From: Paenibacillaceae bacterium
GTDB lineage: Bacteria > Bacillota > Bacilli > Paenibacillales > CANHGK01
Direction of reading: 5' to 3'
DNA length: 64,000 nucleotides
Assembly: GCA_947460235.1 (NCBI GenBank)
Contig: CANHGK010000003.1
Location: 150,377 to 214,376 of the forward strand
Translations under genes and position numbers: made by a program
In this document: piece by piece, positions 8,391 to 18,032 of the stretch
How the letters are laid out: every line of letters begins with the position of its first letter
How positions within the stretch are numbered: position 1 is the first letter of the stretch
The notes under the pieces: model-generated
What the model was told of the DNA's origin: nothing
The model's input: only the letters and a program-made list of their open reading frames with translations
The model's database searches: none

Positions 8391-9665
8391 TTATAGCGTT
8401 TTTAATACTTGTTTAATTTGACGGCGTACCAAATCGTATTCAGAAACTGGTTGGTCCACCTTAAACCAAACGGATTGCATCGGATGACGTGCTGCCGTTA
8501 ACTTCGTGCCTTCATCATCAAAAATTTCTTCCACAATCTGTCTGAATTTTACCCCAGTAGGTCCGAAAAATTCGATCATTTGACCTGGCTTGAAATGATT
8601 GCGTTGCTGGATATTAACCATGCCCCGCGCAACATCATAACGTTTAACGACACCACAGAAATCAAAAGGCGTTCGTTTATCTTCTGGTCCAAAAATATGA
8701 TCTTCCTCATCAGGCGCCTCAAAGAAGAACCCCGTGTTGAGCGGACGATTCGCTGCTTTTTCGATTTCAACGAGCCACTGTGAGTCAAATGTATATTCTG
8801 CTGGATTTTCAAAATAACGATCAACCGCCTGGCGATACGCATGAACGACGGTCGCAACATAGTGAATACTCCGCATACGACCTTCAATTTTCAAACTATC
8901 GATACCCGCTTCGATGATGTCAGGAATATGTTCAATCATGCACAAATCTTTTGAACTCATCATAAACGGCTCATCCTTGGTTGGCGTAATCGACTCTTCT
9001 TCAAGGAACAAGTCATATTGCCAGCGGCATGATTGGCAACATCCACCACGGTTCGAATCACGATCCGTAAAATGATTGGACAGCACACATCGACCCGAAT
9101 ATGACGAACACATTGCACCATGCACGAATTGCTCGATCTCGATATCCACCTGATCTTTAATTTTGCGGATTTCTTCAAATCCAACTTCACGCGCGAGCAC
9201 GACACGATGCACACCTTGTTCTTTCCAAAACTGAACACTGCGCCAATTCGTCGTCGATTGTTGCGTACTAAGATGTACTTCAAGCTCAGGGGCAACATGT
9301 TGACACGTTTCGATAATCGCCGGATCAGCAACGATAATACCAGTTACCCCAGCATCAGCAATAGAACGCAAATACGCAGCAATGCCGTCAATATCCTCGT
9401 TATGCGCATAAATATTTGTTGCAACGTAGACTTTCGCACCGCGTGCAGCCGCAAATTCAGAACCTTCACGCATTTCTTCAAATGAAAAATTATCCGCATT
9501 TGAACGAAGTCCATATGCCTGGCCACCAATATAGACCGCGTCCGCTCCGTAAGTAACCGCAAATTTTAATTTTTCCAGACTGCCCGCCGGCGCCAAAATT
9601 TCAGGTTTATCCCGCCGCACGTAGCGCTGTTTCGATGTCATTTTTTTCACCACTTCCTGATTCAT
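8391..9665 (-). CDS. yrrO: Peptidase U32 family protein, YrrO/TrhP-type (tRNA ho5U34 formation)
   Basis: It is a 424-aa U32 collagenase-family protein. Its ATG overlaps the upstream stop (TGATG). It is the third gene of the conserved yrrM-yrrN-yrrO arrangement. Confidence 0.8.
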   Translation of the reverse strand: MNQEVVKKMTSKQRYVRRDKPEILAPAGSLEKLKFAVTYGADAVYIGGQAYGLRSNADNFSFEEMREGSEFAAARGAKVYVATNIYAHNEDIDGIAAYLRSIADAGVTGIIVADPAIIETCQHVAPELEVHLSTQQSTTNWRSVQFWKEQGVHRVVLAREVGFEEIRKIKDQVDIEIEQFVHGAMCSSYSGRCVLSNHFTDRDSNRGGCCQSCRWQYDLFLEEESITPTKDEPFMMSSKDLCMIEHIPDIIEAGIDSLKIEGRMRSIHYVATVVHAYRQAVDRYFENPAEYTFDSQWLVEIEKAANRPLNTGFFFEAPDEEDHIFGPEDKRTPFDFCGVVKRYDVARGMVNIQQRNHFKPGQMIEFFGPTGVKFRQIVEEIFDDEGTKLTAARHPMQSVWFKVDQPVSEYDLVRRQIKQVLKTL

Positions 9666-10624
9666 CAATACACTTGCTCTTTAAATAAGAAACCGTAACC
9701 GAATGGACGCCCTTCCGGTTGAAGTGCCAGAAGTTCATCTTTCATTCGCTCTAATTCCTTCATATTTCCGTCTAATGTACCTTCCGTCCACCAATCAATC
9801 GCCTTGCGGTACGCACGTACACTTGCCTCCAATCGCATCCGCTCCATTAATAACCCTTCGATTTTTAATGAATCAATACCTAAAGGAAGAACTTCATTCA
9901 GAACGTCCAGATAACAAAAATCTTCCGAACTGAACATATGTGTTCCATGCTTGTCCTCAAAAAGCGGAAACGTTTCATCCAATCGTTCGCGCTCAATGAC
10001 GTGAAACACCTTCGCGTCCAAGCCGATTTGACCGAGCTCATCACGATTGAGATGTGATTTATAATTACTTAAAAGTGATCGCTTGGAGTGATAAATACAA
10101 GTTGCCCCATGAATGTGAACTTGCAATTCCATAGGCGTATGTTCGCGCATCGATTGTAATTGCTCTAAATTCAATTCACGCGCTAACACGGAACGTGAAA
10201 CTCCGCGTTTGCCCCAATAATTAATCGCCTGATAATTCGTCGTCGTCATCTCGCCACTCCAGTGAAGTGGGACCAGAGAGCCGATTTCCTTAGCAACCAT
10301 ATATACAGCTGGATCCCCAAACATTATCCCGTCTGCACCCGCTTCGGTCCATACGCGCATATGCTCTGGCAATCGTTCCAAATCGGTATCGTGAATTAGC
10401 AAATTCATGCTAATGTATACTTTTTTAGCGAGTTTATGCGCAATGAGAATCGCTTCTGTGACCGTCTCAAGCGTCCAATCTCCCGGCGTACGTACGCCAA
10501 AATACGGATCTCCAATTGAGAAGGCATCCGCACCAGCCCCTGCAAGCGACCGTAATTCTTCCAAATCCCGGACCGTCACAAGTAACTCCGGTTTCATTTG
10601 CCGATCATTCACTTGTTTCGTCAT
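9665..10624 (-). CDS. yrrN: Peptidase U32 family protein, YrrN/TrhP-type
   Basis: It is a 319-aa U32-family protein. Its start overlaps the trmR stop (ATGA). The size and position match B. subtilis yrrN. Confidence 0.8.
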   Translation of the reverse strand: MTKQVNDRQMKPELLVTVRDLEELRSLAGAGADAFSIGDPYFGVRTPGDWTLETVTEAILIAHKLAKKVYISMNLLIHDTDLERLPEHMRVWTEAGADGIMFGDPAVYMVAKEIGSLVPLHWSGEMTTTNYQAINYWGKRGVSRSVLARELNLEQLQSMREHTPMELQVHIHGATCIYHSKRSLLSNYKSHLNRDELGQIGLDAKVFHVIERERLDETFPLFEDKHGTHMFSSEDFCYLDVLNEVLPLGIDSLKIEGLLMERMRLEASVRAYRKAIDWWTEGTLDGNMKELERMKDELLALQPEGRPFGYGFLFKEQVY

Positions 10625-11265
10625 CCTTTCTTCACACTAATGGCAAGGCCGTCACCAACCGGAATAATGGATGTTATGAGCTCCGGATGTGCGATCAAAT
10701 ACTGATTAAATAATTTCATTTTTTGCACAAGATTTTGCGTTGCCACTTTTTCAGGCTTATGTTCTCCGGTAACAAATCCGCGAAACAAAACATTATCCGT
10801 CAAAATCATTCCGCCTGGTCGACACAAAGAAACCGCCTGGTCGAGAAAAAACGTATATTTCCCTTTTGCCGCATCAATAAAAATGACATCGTATGAGGAT
10901 TTAATCGTAGGTATCATTTCCATTGCATCACCGGTCCAAACATGAACACGATCACTTAAGCCTGCTTCTTCAATATTACGTTTGGCACGTTCGGCGCGAT
11001 CTTGCTGTTTCTCCATCGTAAAAATCACTGCATCTGGAGCTGCTTGTGCCATATGAATCGTTGAGTAGGCAATTGCCGTACCAATTTCAAGAATTTTCTT
11101 CGGCTTTGCTAACGCGAGTAAACTACGAATCACCATTGCCGTTGAATGCTTCACATTTGGTATTCCTTCGGCCACTCCTTCACGATCCAAACGTTTTAAT
11201 ACCGGGCATTCGAGTGGAGACAATCCTTCCAAATACGCCTCGATTCCCTCATTTACAATACTCAT
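10621..11265 (-). CDS. trmR: SAM-dependent O-methyltransferase TrmR (YrrM), tRNA mo5U34 methyltransferase
   Basis: KKILEIGTAIAYS, YDVIFIDAAKGKY, LTDNVLFRG and IIPVGDGLAISVKK closely parallel B. subtilis YrrM. Confidence 0.85.
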   Translation of the reverse strand: MSIVNEGIEAYLEGLSPLECPVLKRLDREGVAEGIPNVKHSTAMVIRSLLALAKPKKILEIGTAIAYSTIHMAQAAPDAVIFTMEKQQDRAERAKRNIEEAGLSDRVHVWTGDAMEMIPTIKSSYDVIFIDAAKGKYTFFLDQAVSLCRPGGMILTDNVLFRGFVTGEHKPEKVATQNLVQKMKLFNQYLIAHPELITSIIPVGDGLAISVKKG

Positions 11266-11316
11266 CCTTGAGAAACCTCCAATATCAGAGAAAAAGCACC
11301 TTCCGATGGAAGATGC

Positions 11317-11916
11317 TTAGAAATGTTTGTTAAACACACGAACTGCATCGGCAGTGACAAACTTCCCGTACTCCTCGACCATTGCCTGCGTCACCGTATA
11401 TGCCTCTCCAAATTCGGAAAGAATGGCGATTAACGGCTGGAAATGGGTTTCTTCCATCTCCGACGGTTCCAATTGATACACATATTTCCCTCTGTAAAAG
11501 TAAAGATTACCCGATTGTTCAGGGACATAAGGTGTCAATTTTTTCGCGGCATTGATAAAATCTTCAACAATGCGGAATGCATAACTAATTTGATCGCATG
11601 TTTCGAGTGTGACTTCCACTTCGATCATATCGTCATTATCTTCATCTTGATCTTCTTGAATTCGTTGGCTACTGAACTTACTGCGAGTCACAATCACTAC
11701 CATCCCTTGCGCAGGAAGTGCAAACACTTCCACTGCAACTGGTCCCGCAACTTCAAAACCAAGTTCAGAATATGCCTGATCCATCATCTCATTAAACAAC
11801 TCATGAACTTTGGGAATATCCTGCCACATATCTTCTTTCTGGATCCCGCGTTCCGTCAGGTCGTCAAATGTAAGGAAAATCCGGATCTTGTCTTGCCCTA
11901 ACCGCTCCAATTTCAT
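11317..11916 (-). CDS. mecA: Adaptor protein MecA (ClpC adaptor; MecA or MecB/YpbH paralogue)
   Basis: The N-terminus MKLERLGQDKIRIFLTFDDLTERGI, an acidic linker and a C-terminal domain ending EEYGKFV...FNKHF match the MecA family layout. Confidence 0.8.
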   Translation of the reverse strand: MKLERLGQDKIRIFLTFDDLTERGIQKEDMWQDIPKVHELFNEMMDQAYSELGFEVAGPVAVEVFALPAQGMVVIVTRSKFSSQRIQEDQDEDNDDMIEVEVTLETCDQISYAFRIVEDFINAAKKLTPYVPEQSGNLYFYRGKYVYQLEPSEMEETHFQPLIAILSEFGEAYTVTQAMVEEYGKFVTADAVRVFNKHF

Positions 11917-12056
11917 GACCGGATCCCCCTTCCAGAAACAGCGACTTCTGGCTCAATAAGTGTGAGATATTTAATTAATTTAATTTTATCATGCCGAATA
12001 AAAAAAAGCGACCCCGCACCAATGAAAAACAGCGCGGAGGCGCTGGAATTGATTAG

Positions 12057-12239
12057 TTATTTCATCACATCAGGTAGCATGGACATGGTATCTGTATTTT
12101 TTAATTTGTTCATCCAACCGAACCAGTTTCCAGAACGGATACGTCCAAATCCTTGTGTAATACTAGACTGATTTCGACTAAAAATCCACATGGCTGTAGC
12201 ACCTGCAATCGATCCAACAATCATGGAACGCCATTTCAT
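12057..12239 (-). CDS. Small membrane protein (60 aa), unknown function
   Basis: It has one TM segment (MIVGSIAGATAMWIF) and an aromatic/basic tail. The RBS AAAGGGGG lies 9 nt upstream. A short hairpin AGCGCctccGCGCT plus a T-run lies just downstream (about 12030-12050). Confidence 0.45.
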   Translation of the reverse strand: MKWRSMIVGSIAGATAMWIFSRNQSSITQGFGRIRSGNWFGWMNKLKNTDTMSMLPDVMK

Positions 12240-12303
12240 TCATCAACACCCCCTTTGTAGATAGGTTGTCAATTTGATACGGAAATCATACATCGTGATT
12301 TCG

Positions 12304-12332
12304 TTTTCAGAACACCATTCACATGTTATAAT
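12304..12332 (+). promoter_or_regulatory. Putative sigma-A promoter with extended -10
   Basis: TGTTATAAT (12324-12332) is an extended -10, with a weak -35 TTTTCA 17 nt upstream. It lies directly upstream of the 12359 CDS. Confidence 0.45.
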
Positions 12333-12358
12333 GTTTTCGAGTGAAAGGGGGCATCCTT

Positions 12359-13264
12359 GTGGCCAAACGGCTAACTGCTTCAGAATATATGATCATGTTG
12401 TACACAATGTTTATGTTCGTACTTGTAGCGGGTGCATTTTTATATGGATTTAAGATGGGAACCGAAACGACAACTGCAAAATACTTGGAAAAATCGAAAG
12501 TTACCGAGAAGTTGGAGAATGATTTAATTTCATACGACCAAGACCATCTTATCACTTTATATTTTACGGTCTATACTCCATTTCGAACTGTACAAAAAGC
12601 TTGGTTTGATACATATCAAGGAATTTTACTTAAAACAAATACATTTGACGATATTAATAACATTTCCGACATTGCCAAATCGGCGAAAGAAAAATTATCC
12701 TTATTAAAGGTGCCTTCTTCTTCACCTCTTCTAGTCAGCGCACAACAAAATTACTTAAAAAGTTTAACGATATTCGAAAAAGTGTTTAAGGAATTCAAAC
12801 CAACAAAAGGCGAAAATAATGCAGATGTATTAAAAAAATTAGAATCATCCGCTTCCTTTGTTGTTGCAGCTAATTTCTCACTACAAGCGCAACAAGATTA
12901 TTTCGACGCTGTGATTAAATGGAATGAGAAGGTTTCCAACAAACCACTTAATGGCGTTAATGAAATCGACGGACCTAAGACAGGTATTGCGCTATGGAAT
13001 GTAATGAATTTGAATGTCAAAAATGCAGTGACTGCTCATTATTTACATCAAAATAAAGTCTTCTCAATTTATATGCCACAAGACTTGACAATTAACGTAG
13101 AATCATTACTTCAAGAACACCCTAAAACAAATATTATTCAAGATATTATGGACTCCTTAATCAAAACGAATGCTGTTCGCAATGGTGATTTCATTAAAGA
13201 TCGCACAATATATTATTCATCAGAAGTTTTGCCGCAAATTCCGTTTTTTAGCAAAATTCAATAA
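12359..13264 (+). CDS. Membrane-anchored hypothetical protein (about 301 aa)
   Basis: The GTG at 12359 lies 7 nt after AAAGGGGG. It has one N-terminal TM (MIMLYTMFMFVLVAGAFLYGF) and then a soluble Lys/Asn-rich domain. I recognise no family. It is followed by a strong terminator. Confidence 0.6.
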   Translation: MAKRLTASEYMIMLYTMFMFVLVAGAFLYGFKMGTETTTAKYLEKSKVTEKLENDLISYDQDHLITLYFTVYTPFRTVQKAWFDTYQGILLKTNTFDDINNISDIAKSAKEKLSLLKVPSSSPLLVSAQQNYLKSLTIFEKVFKEFKPTKGENNADVLKKLESSASFVVAANFSLQAQQDYFDAVIKWNEKVSNKPLNGVNEIDGPKTGIALWNVMNLNVKNAVTAHYLHQNKVFSIYMPQDLTINVESLLQEHPKTNIIQDIMDSLIKTNAVRNGDFIKDRTIYYSSEVLPQIPFFSKIQ

Positions 13265-13297
13265 AAAAAAGGACAACCCTTGGGTTGTCCTTTTTTT
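13264..13297. terminator. Bidirectional rho-independent terminator
   Basis: AAAAAAAGGACAACCC-ttg-GGTTGTCCTTTTTTT forms a perfect stem with A/T runs on both sides. Confidence 0.9.
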
Positions 13298-13304
13298 AAA
13301 ACCA

Positions 13305-13580
13305 TTATATGTTCTGTGTTATTTTCAGTTGTTCCGTTGCCAATAAACCTTGAATTCGAAGTGATTCAGTAAACCAATGGTAAAAATAATCACAAGCGGA
13401 TGTTTCTGTTAAAAAGAATTTACGATTTGTTTTACCATTCGGTTGTGAATAATAAACTTCCCACCACAAAATTGAACGTCCAATACAAAATGTTGCATGA
13501 TCGCGCCCGCCATCAAGACTATACCATTGATTCGGTATTTGGGATTGTTTTAATTTGCGTTTTAAATCAGACTTTTTCAT
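13305..13580 (-). CDS. Small cytosolic hypothetical protein (91 aa)
   Basis: The ATG at 13580 follows GGTGGAG. The sequence MKKSDLKRKL...YSLDGG...WWEVYYSQPNG...ACDYFY resembles a small-protein pattern I recall from Firmicutes but cannot name. Confidence 0.5.
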   Translation of the reverse strand: MKKSDLKRKLKQSQIPNQWYSLDGGRDHATFCIGRSILWWEVYYSQPNGKTNRKFFLTETSACDYFYHWFTESLRIQGLLATEQLKITQNI

Positions 13581-13648
13581 ACAAATGCTCCACCTTCGCA
13601 AAAAAATGGTTATCTTCGCATCAAAAGGTAAAAAAAGGATGTAAGTGG

Positions 13649-13677
13649 ATTATAAACGTTAATTACCCTTTTGTGAA
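13649..13677 (-). promoter_or_regulatory. Putative sigma-A promoter for the 91-aa gene
   Basis: On the minus strand the sequence reads TTCACA-N17-TATAAT. The predicted leader is about 60 nt and contains a TGCGAAG direct repeat, whose second copy abuts the RBS. Confidence 0.45.
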
Positions 13678-13706
13678 GTGATTGTTTGAAAAATTAGATT
13701 TTTGAA

Positions 13707-14558
13707 TTAATGAATACTTCGTTTGTTTCGATCGCCGCCCAACAATTCGTTTACATGTTCAACTGCAATCATCGCGTTCGGATCTTTCTCTTCTACGATC
13801 AGCTTCAGTTTCGCCACTTCCAATCTCGAAATGATACAATACAAAATTTCTCGATCTTGCAGTGTGTAACCACCTTTACCATAAAGATGTGTTACCCCTC
13901 GCCCTAACCTTGCAATGATCGCTTCCGAGATCTCCGCCGGAAAATCAGAAATAATCATCACCGATTTCGATTCTTCCAATCCTTCGATCATGATATCTAT
14001 CATTTTGAATGCAATATAATAGGCAATGAGAGAATACATCGCTGAACGCCAATCAAAAACAAATCCAGCACTACCCAATATGAAAATATTGAAAAACATA
14101 ACGATTTCACCGACTGAAAATCCGAGCCTCTTCGTTGAAATAATTGCAATAATTTCCGTGCCATCGAGCGCTCCGCCAAACCTAATGATTAATCCGACAC
14201 CCATCCCCAAGATCATTCCACCAAAAATCGCTGCAAGGATTGGCTCGACGTTTTGCATTTCTTCAATAGAATGTAATGTTGGCAATGCAGAAAATAATGC
14301 AAGCATAACAACTGCAAACGCCGACCTCCAAGCAAATGTCTTCCCAATTTGTTTATATCCGATCCAAAAAAAAGGTGCGTTCAATCCTAAAATAATAAAA
14401 CCAAACGGAATATGGCTCATATAACTCGCCATAATTGCCACACCGACGACACCACCGTCAATAATCCGATTTGGAATCATTAAACTTTCCAAAGCAAATG
14501 CGACGAACAATGTACCAATTGTAATAAATAACATCGAGTAAAAATGATTCGCCTTCAT
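13707..14558 (-). CDS. YitT family membrane protein (DUF2179 C-terminal domain)
   Basis: The 283-aa product has about five TM segments plus the C-terminal soluble DUF2179-like domain typical of YitT/YqfU proteins. Confidence 0.75.
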   Translation of the reverse strand: MKANHFYSMLFITIGTLFVAFALESLMIPNRIIDGGVVGVAIMASYMSHIPFGFIILGLNAPFFWIGYKQIGKTFAWRSAFAVVMLALFSALPTLHSIEEMQNVEPILAAIFGGMILGMGVGLIIRFGGALDGTEIIAIISTKRLGFSVGEIVMFFNIFILGSAGFVFDWRSAMYSLIAYYIAFKMIDIMIEGLEESKSVMIISDFPAEISEAIIARLGRGVTHLYGKGGYTLQDREILYCIISRLEVAKLKLIVEEKDPNAMIAVEHVNELLGGDRNKRSIH

Positions 14559-14627
14559 TTTCGTATACCGCCATTCATTAAGAATTCATATTTTAAAAGA
14601 TAACGAATAAATCCTCCAGCCGCAACC

Positions 14628-14655
14628 TTGCAAACGTTCGCCAAACTGATATAAT
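14628..14655 (+). promoter_or_regulatory. Putative sigma-A promoter of ppa
   Basis: TTGCAA-N16-TATAAT lies about 35 nt upstream of the ppa RBS. Confidence 0.55.
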
Positions 14656-14690
14656 TGAGTTCGTGTAAAAAGCTAGAGGAGGATGAACTC

Positions 14691-15182
14691 ATGTCTAATT
14701 TGATCGTGGATGCAATTATCGAGATCCCGACAGGAAGTCAAAACAAGTATGAATTCGACAAAGAAAAAGGTAAATACGTTTTGGATCGCGTTCTTTTCTC
14801 ACCGATGCACTATCCAACGGAGTATGGTTACTTAGATGGTACATTGGCATTAGATGGCGACCCATTGGATATTTTAGTCATTGCTTCATTTCCTACGTTC
14901 CCAGGTTGTGTCATTGAATCCCGCGTAATCGGTGTTCTTGTAATGTCCGACGATAAAGGTCAAGATGAGAAATTGCTTGCAGTTCCAACAAAAGATCCTC
15001 GTTTCAAACATGTGAATGACTTGAACGATATTTCACAACATGTTTTGAAAGAAATTGCACACTTCTTCCAAGTGTACAAAGATCTTGAGAACAAGAAAAC
15101 TGTCATCGAAGGCTGGAAAGATGCAGCTTTCGCTACAAATCTTTACCACGAATGCGTAGATCGCGCGAAACAAGAAGCGTAA
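14691..15182 (+). CDS. ppa: Family I inorganic pyrophosphatase
   Basis: EIPTGSQNKYEFDKE...YPTEYGY...DGDPLDILV is the classic family I PPase active-site pattern. The ATG at 14691 follows GAGGAGG. Confidence 0.9.
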   Translation: MSNLIVDAIIEIPTGSQNKYEFDKEKGKYVLDRVLFSPMHYPTEYGYLDGTLALDGDPLDILVIASFPTFPGCVIESRVIGVLVMSDDKGQDEKLLAVPTKDPRFKHVNDLNDISQHVLKEIAHFFQVYKDLENKKTVIEGWKDAAFATNLYHECVDRAKQEA

Positions 15183-15263
15183 TCTTTTTATAACTTACTA
15201 ATCATACCCACTCCCCTGATGCAATGGGCATCGGGGGTTTGGCACTTTCTAAGGAGGTTCAAC

Positions 15264-16853
15264 ATGTTCCGAGTTCTTGTATCTGATCCGATTAGCGATC
15301 AAGGAATCCAGAAGCTTCATGACGCAGCAGACGTAGAAGTCGTTAAAAAAACTGGTTTGTCTGAAGATGAATTGGTACACATTATCGGCCAATATGATGC
15401 TTTACTTGTTCGCAGTCAAACGAAAGTGACACCTCGCATCATTGAAGCAGGTTCACGTTTGAAAGTCATCGGCCGCGCAGGTGTAGGTGTCGATAATATC
15501 GATCTTCCTGCTGCGACAAAAATGGGGATTGTTGTCATCAATGCTCCTGACGGTAACACAATCTCAACCTGTGAGCATACATTTGCGATGATGATGGCGT
15601 GCGCTCGTCAAATTCCACAAGCATACAAGAAAACAGTAAGTGGCGTTTGGGATCGCAAAACATTCCTTGGCGTTGAACTGAACGGTAAAACACTTGGTGT
15701 TGTCGGTATGGGCCGTATCGGATCTGAAGTGGCACGCCGTGCAAAAGCATTTGGCATGGAAATTATGGGTTACGATCCTTTCTTAACCGAAGAGCGCGCT
15801 GAGAAACAAGGCGTTACACTTGCTACCGTTAATGAGATTTGCCAGAATGCTGATTTTATTACCGTACACACACCATTAACCCCAGAAACAAAACACATGA
15901 TTGGACCTGCTCAATTCCAAATCATGAAAAAAGGTATGCGCATTGTTAACTGTGCGCGTGGCGGTATCGTTGACGAGCAAGCGCTAATGGTTGCAGTCAA
16001 TGATGGAATCGTAGCTGGAGCTGCATTCGACGTGTTCGAAGTTGAGCCACCGGCACCAGATCACCCATTCTTGAATCATCCTGCGATCGTGGTTGCTCCT
16101 CATCTTGGCGCTTCCACATTTGAAGCTCAAGAAAATGTTGCGATCGACGTTTCCGAGGAAGTTATTCATATCTTGCGTAACGAACCGTTTAAGAACGCAG
16201 TGAACATGCCACCGGTTCCGGCAAATGTATTAAAAAAATTACAACCTTACTTCTCCCTTGGTGAACGTTTAGGTCATTTCGCAGCGCAAATTTCATCCGG
16301 TAGCGTAACAGAAATCGTTGCGAGCTACTCTGGTGAATTGGCGGATGTGGACACTGCTCCACTGACACGCTACGTTGTAAAAGGCGTATTGCAACATCAC
16401 CTTGGCAATGAAGTAAATGTCGTTAACGCACTTCACCAAGCAAAATCCCGTGACTTAGCAATTACCGTTCAAAAATCCACGACTACACAAGGATTTACGA
16501 ACTTAATTTCGATCACCATTAAAACGAAAAATGAATCCCGTTCGATAAGTGGTACGTTACTTCCAGGATTGGGTGAGCGCGTTGTGAAAGTGGACGAGTT
16601 TCCGATCGACATTACTCCGGAAGGCAACTTGCTCTTGATCTCCCATACAGACAAACCAGGAATCATCGGTAAAGTTGGTACATTACTTGGTAACTTAGAC
16701 GTGAACATCGCTGAGATGCAAGTTGGCCGTAAAAACATCGGCGGAACTGCAGTCATGGTTCTCACGATCGATAAAGCTGCTACGAATGATGTATTGAAAC
16801 AAATGGTTGAACTTGCAGAACTCAATAGTGTGAAACAAGTTGTTTTCAGCTAA
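15264..16853 (+). CDS. serA: D-3-phosphoglycerate dehydrogenase (long form with ASB and ACT domains)
   Basis: It has the NAD-binding motif GVVGMGRIGSEVA, a 2-hydroxyacid dehydrogenase core and a C-terminal ACT domain (LLISHTDKPGIIGKVGTLLG). The ATG at 15264 follows AAGGAGG. Confidence 0.9.
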   Translation: MFRVLVSDPISDQGIQKLHDAADVEVVKKTGLSEDELVHIIGQYDALLVRSQTKVTPRIIEAGSRLKVIGRAGVGVDNIDLPAATKMGIVVINAPDGNTISTCEHTFAMMMACARQIPQAYKKTVSGVWDRKTFLGVELNGKTLGVVGMGRIGSEVARRAKAFGMEIMGYDPFLTEERAEKQGVTLATVNEICQNADFITVHTPLTPETKHMIGPAQFQIMKKGMRIVNCARGGIVDEQALMVAVNDGIVAGAAFDVFEVEPPAPDHPFLNHPAIVVAPHLGASTFEAQENVAIDVSEEVIHILRNEPFKNAVNMPPVPANVLKKLQPYFSLGERLGHFAAQISSGSVTEIVASYSGELADVDTAPLTRYVVKGVLQHHLGNEVNVVNALHQAKSRDLAITVQKSTTTQGFTNLISITIKTKNESRSISGTLLPGLGERVVKVDEFPIDITPEGNLLLISHTDKPGIIGKVGTLLGNLDVNIAEMQVGRKNIGGTAVMVLTIDKAATNDVLKQMVELAELNSVKQVVFS

Positions 16854-16864
16854 TATAACCGAAT

Positions 16865-16919
16865 AACAAGAAACCCCCTTTCGACTTGGAATTTCCAAAG
16901 TCAAAGGGGGTTTCTTGTT
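16865..16919. terminator. Bidirectional rho-independent terminator (long perfect hairpin)
   Basis: AACAAGAAACCCCCTTT ... AAAGGGGGTTTCTTGTT forms the stem, with an inner GACTTGGAA/TTCCAAAGTC stem. It overlaps the stop codon of the minus-strand gene. Confidence 0.85.
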
Positions 16920-17943
16920 ATGCTGCATAGGATTGTTCGGAATCTTCATCGTATGGTCGATTCATAATCCATGCGAGCGCAAACGAAATGATCAATACTA
17001 GTAACGTAATGCCAACAACCATTGCAACAAATACCGTTTGTAAATATTCCATATATTCTGCTTTGGAATATTCAATATTCGTATACCATTTCATCCCTTC
17101 AATTGGAAGCCGCATAACCATTTTTGAATCGTCTTCAAACACAATTTCAGAAGTGCCGGACGGCGCCGCATATTCTGATGCCGTAGCAATTTTTGTTAGA
17201 TCAGGTGAATAAATGATTTTATTTTGGTCATCCGTAATATACATTTTACTTTCTTTTCCGATTTTAACATTTTTCAAGGTATCTTGAATGATTTTAGAAT
17301 TCACTTCCACAACTACGGTCATGTCAGCGTCTGGATGTTGTACATCCTTAAGCACACGACCTAACGTCAATGTATAACCCGGAAAATCTTTTATACTATC
17401 AATCGATGGATCATTGAAAAACCCTTTTGCTAGCGTCGGAATCCATACGACTTTCCCATCCGCATCTGAGAAATCTTGCATCCCCTGCTTGTTTATCGCG
17501 GTCGAAATGTATGGCATCAATGGATTCGACATCAAATATTTGGTTAATTTCACCGCTTCTAACTGAAAATTATTTCTAGAATACAATCTGATCCCTACAA
17601 TATTAGGATCAAGATATTTCATCCCTGTTAATTGATCTCGGACATTTTTAACTTTAATTTTTTCGCTTATGCCATCCAATGTTCCTAATTGAATTTCGCT
17701 AATGTTCGCACGAAAACTTGCATCTAAAAACAATTGCTGCGTGACACCTTCGATTTTTGTTAATTGTTGTTTCACGGAATCATTTGCTTGAACTAAAATT
17801 TGTTTCGAGAAATCCATTACTTTCGAGCGAAGTGTATCATTCATAATCCCACGATAAAAAAATGCCATTCCCAGAACGACTAATTCAATCACTAATGCTA
17901 ATACGAAAAATGTTTTCAATCTTGCTTTGGTCAAATCGCTCAT
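16918..17943 (-). CDS. Cache-like extracytoplasmic sensor domain protein (TM-sensor-TM) lacking any output domain
   Basis: The topology is TM1 (FFVLALVIELVVLGMAFF), about 270 aa of periplasmic-type domain, then TM2 (VAMVVGITLLVLIISFALAWI). This matches the N-terminus of YesM-type kinases or MCPs. The protein ends 15 aa after TM2. The ATG at 17943 is downstream of the predicted -10. Confidence 0.55.
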   Translation of the reverse strand: MSDLTKARLKTFFVLALVIELVVLGMAFFYRGIMNDTLRSKVMDFSKQILVQANDSVKQQLTKIEGVTQQLFLDASFRANISEIQLGTLDGISEKIKVKNVRDQLTGMKYLDPNIVGIRLYSRNNFQLEAVKLTKYLMSNPLMPYISTAINKQGMQDFSDADGKVVWIPTLAKGFFNDPSIDSIKDFPGYTLTLGRVLKDVQHPDADMTVVVEVNSKIIQDTLKNVKIGKESKMYITDDQNKIIYSPDLTKIATASEYAAPSGTSEIVFEDDSKMVMRLPIEGMKWYTNIEYSKAEYMEYLQTVFVAMVVGITLLVLIISFALAWIMNRPYDEDSEQSYAA

Positions 17944-18032
17944 TATGAATTGAACTCCCATCGAGTTGATAAATCGTTTTAACAATATAACAGTATCATG
18001 ATTAATTCCATTTCACACTCGGGATTGCATTC

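Noticed and set aside
8576-9331. Two same-strand alternative-frame ORFs (103 and 123 aa) inside yrrO
   Set aside because: They are out of frame with a conserved U32 peptidase gene. Their Arg/Lys/Ser-rich composition is typical of frame-shifted reads, and there is no sign of a real frameshift in yrrO.
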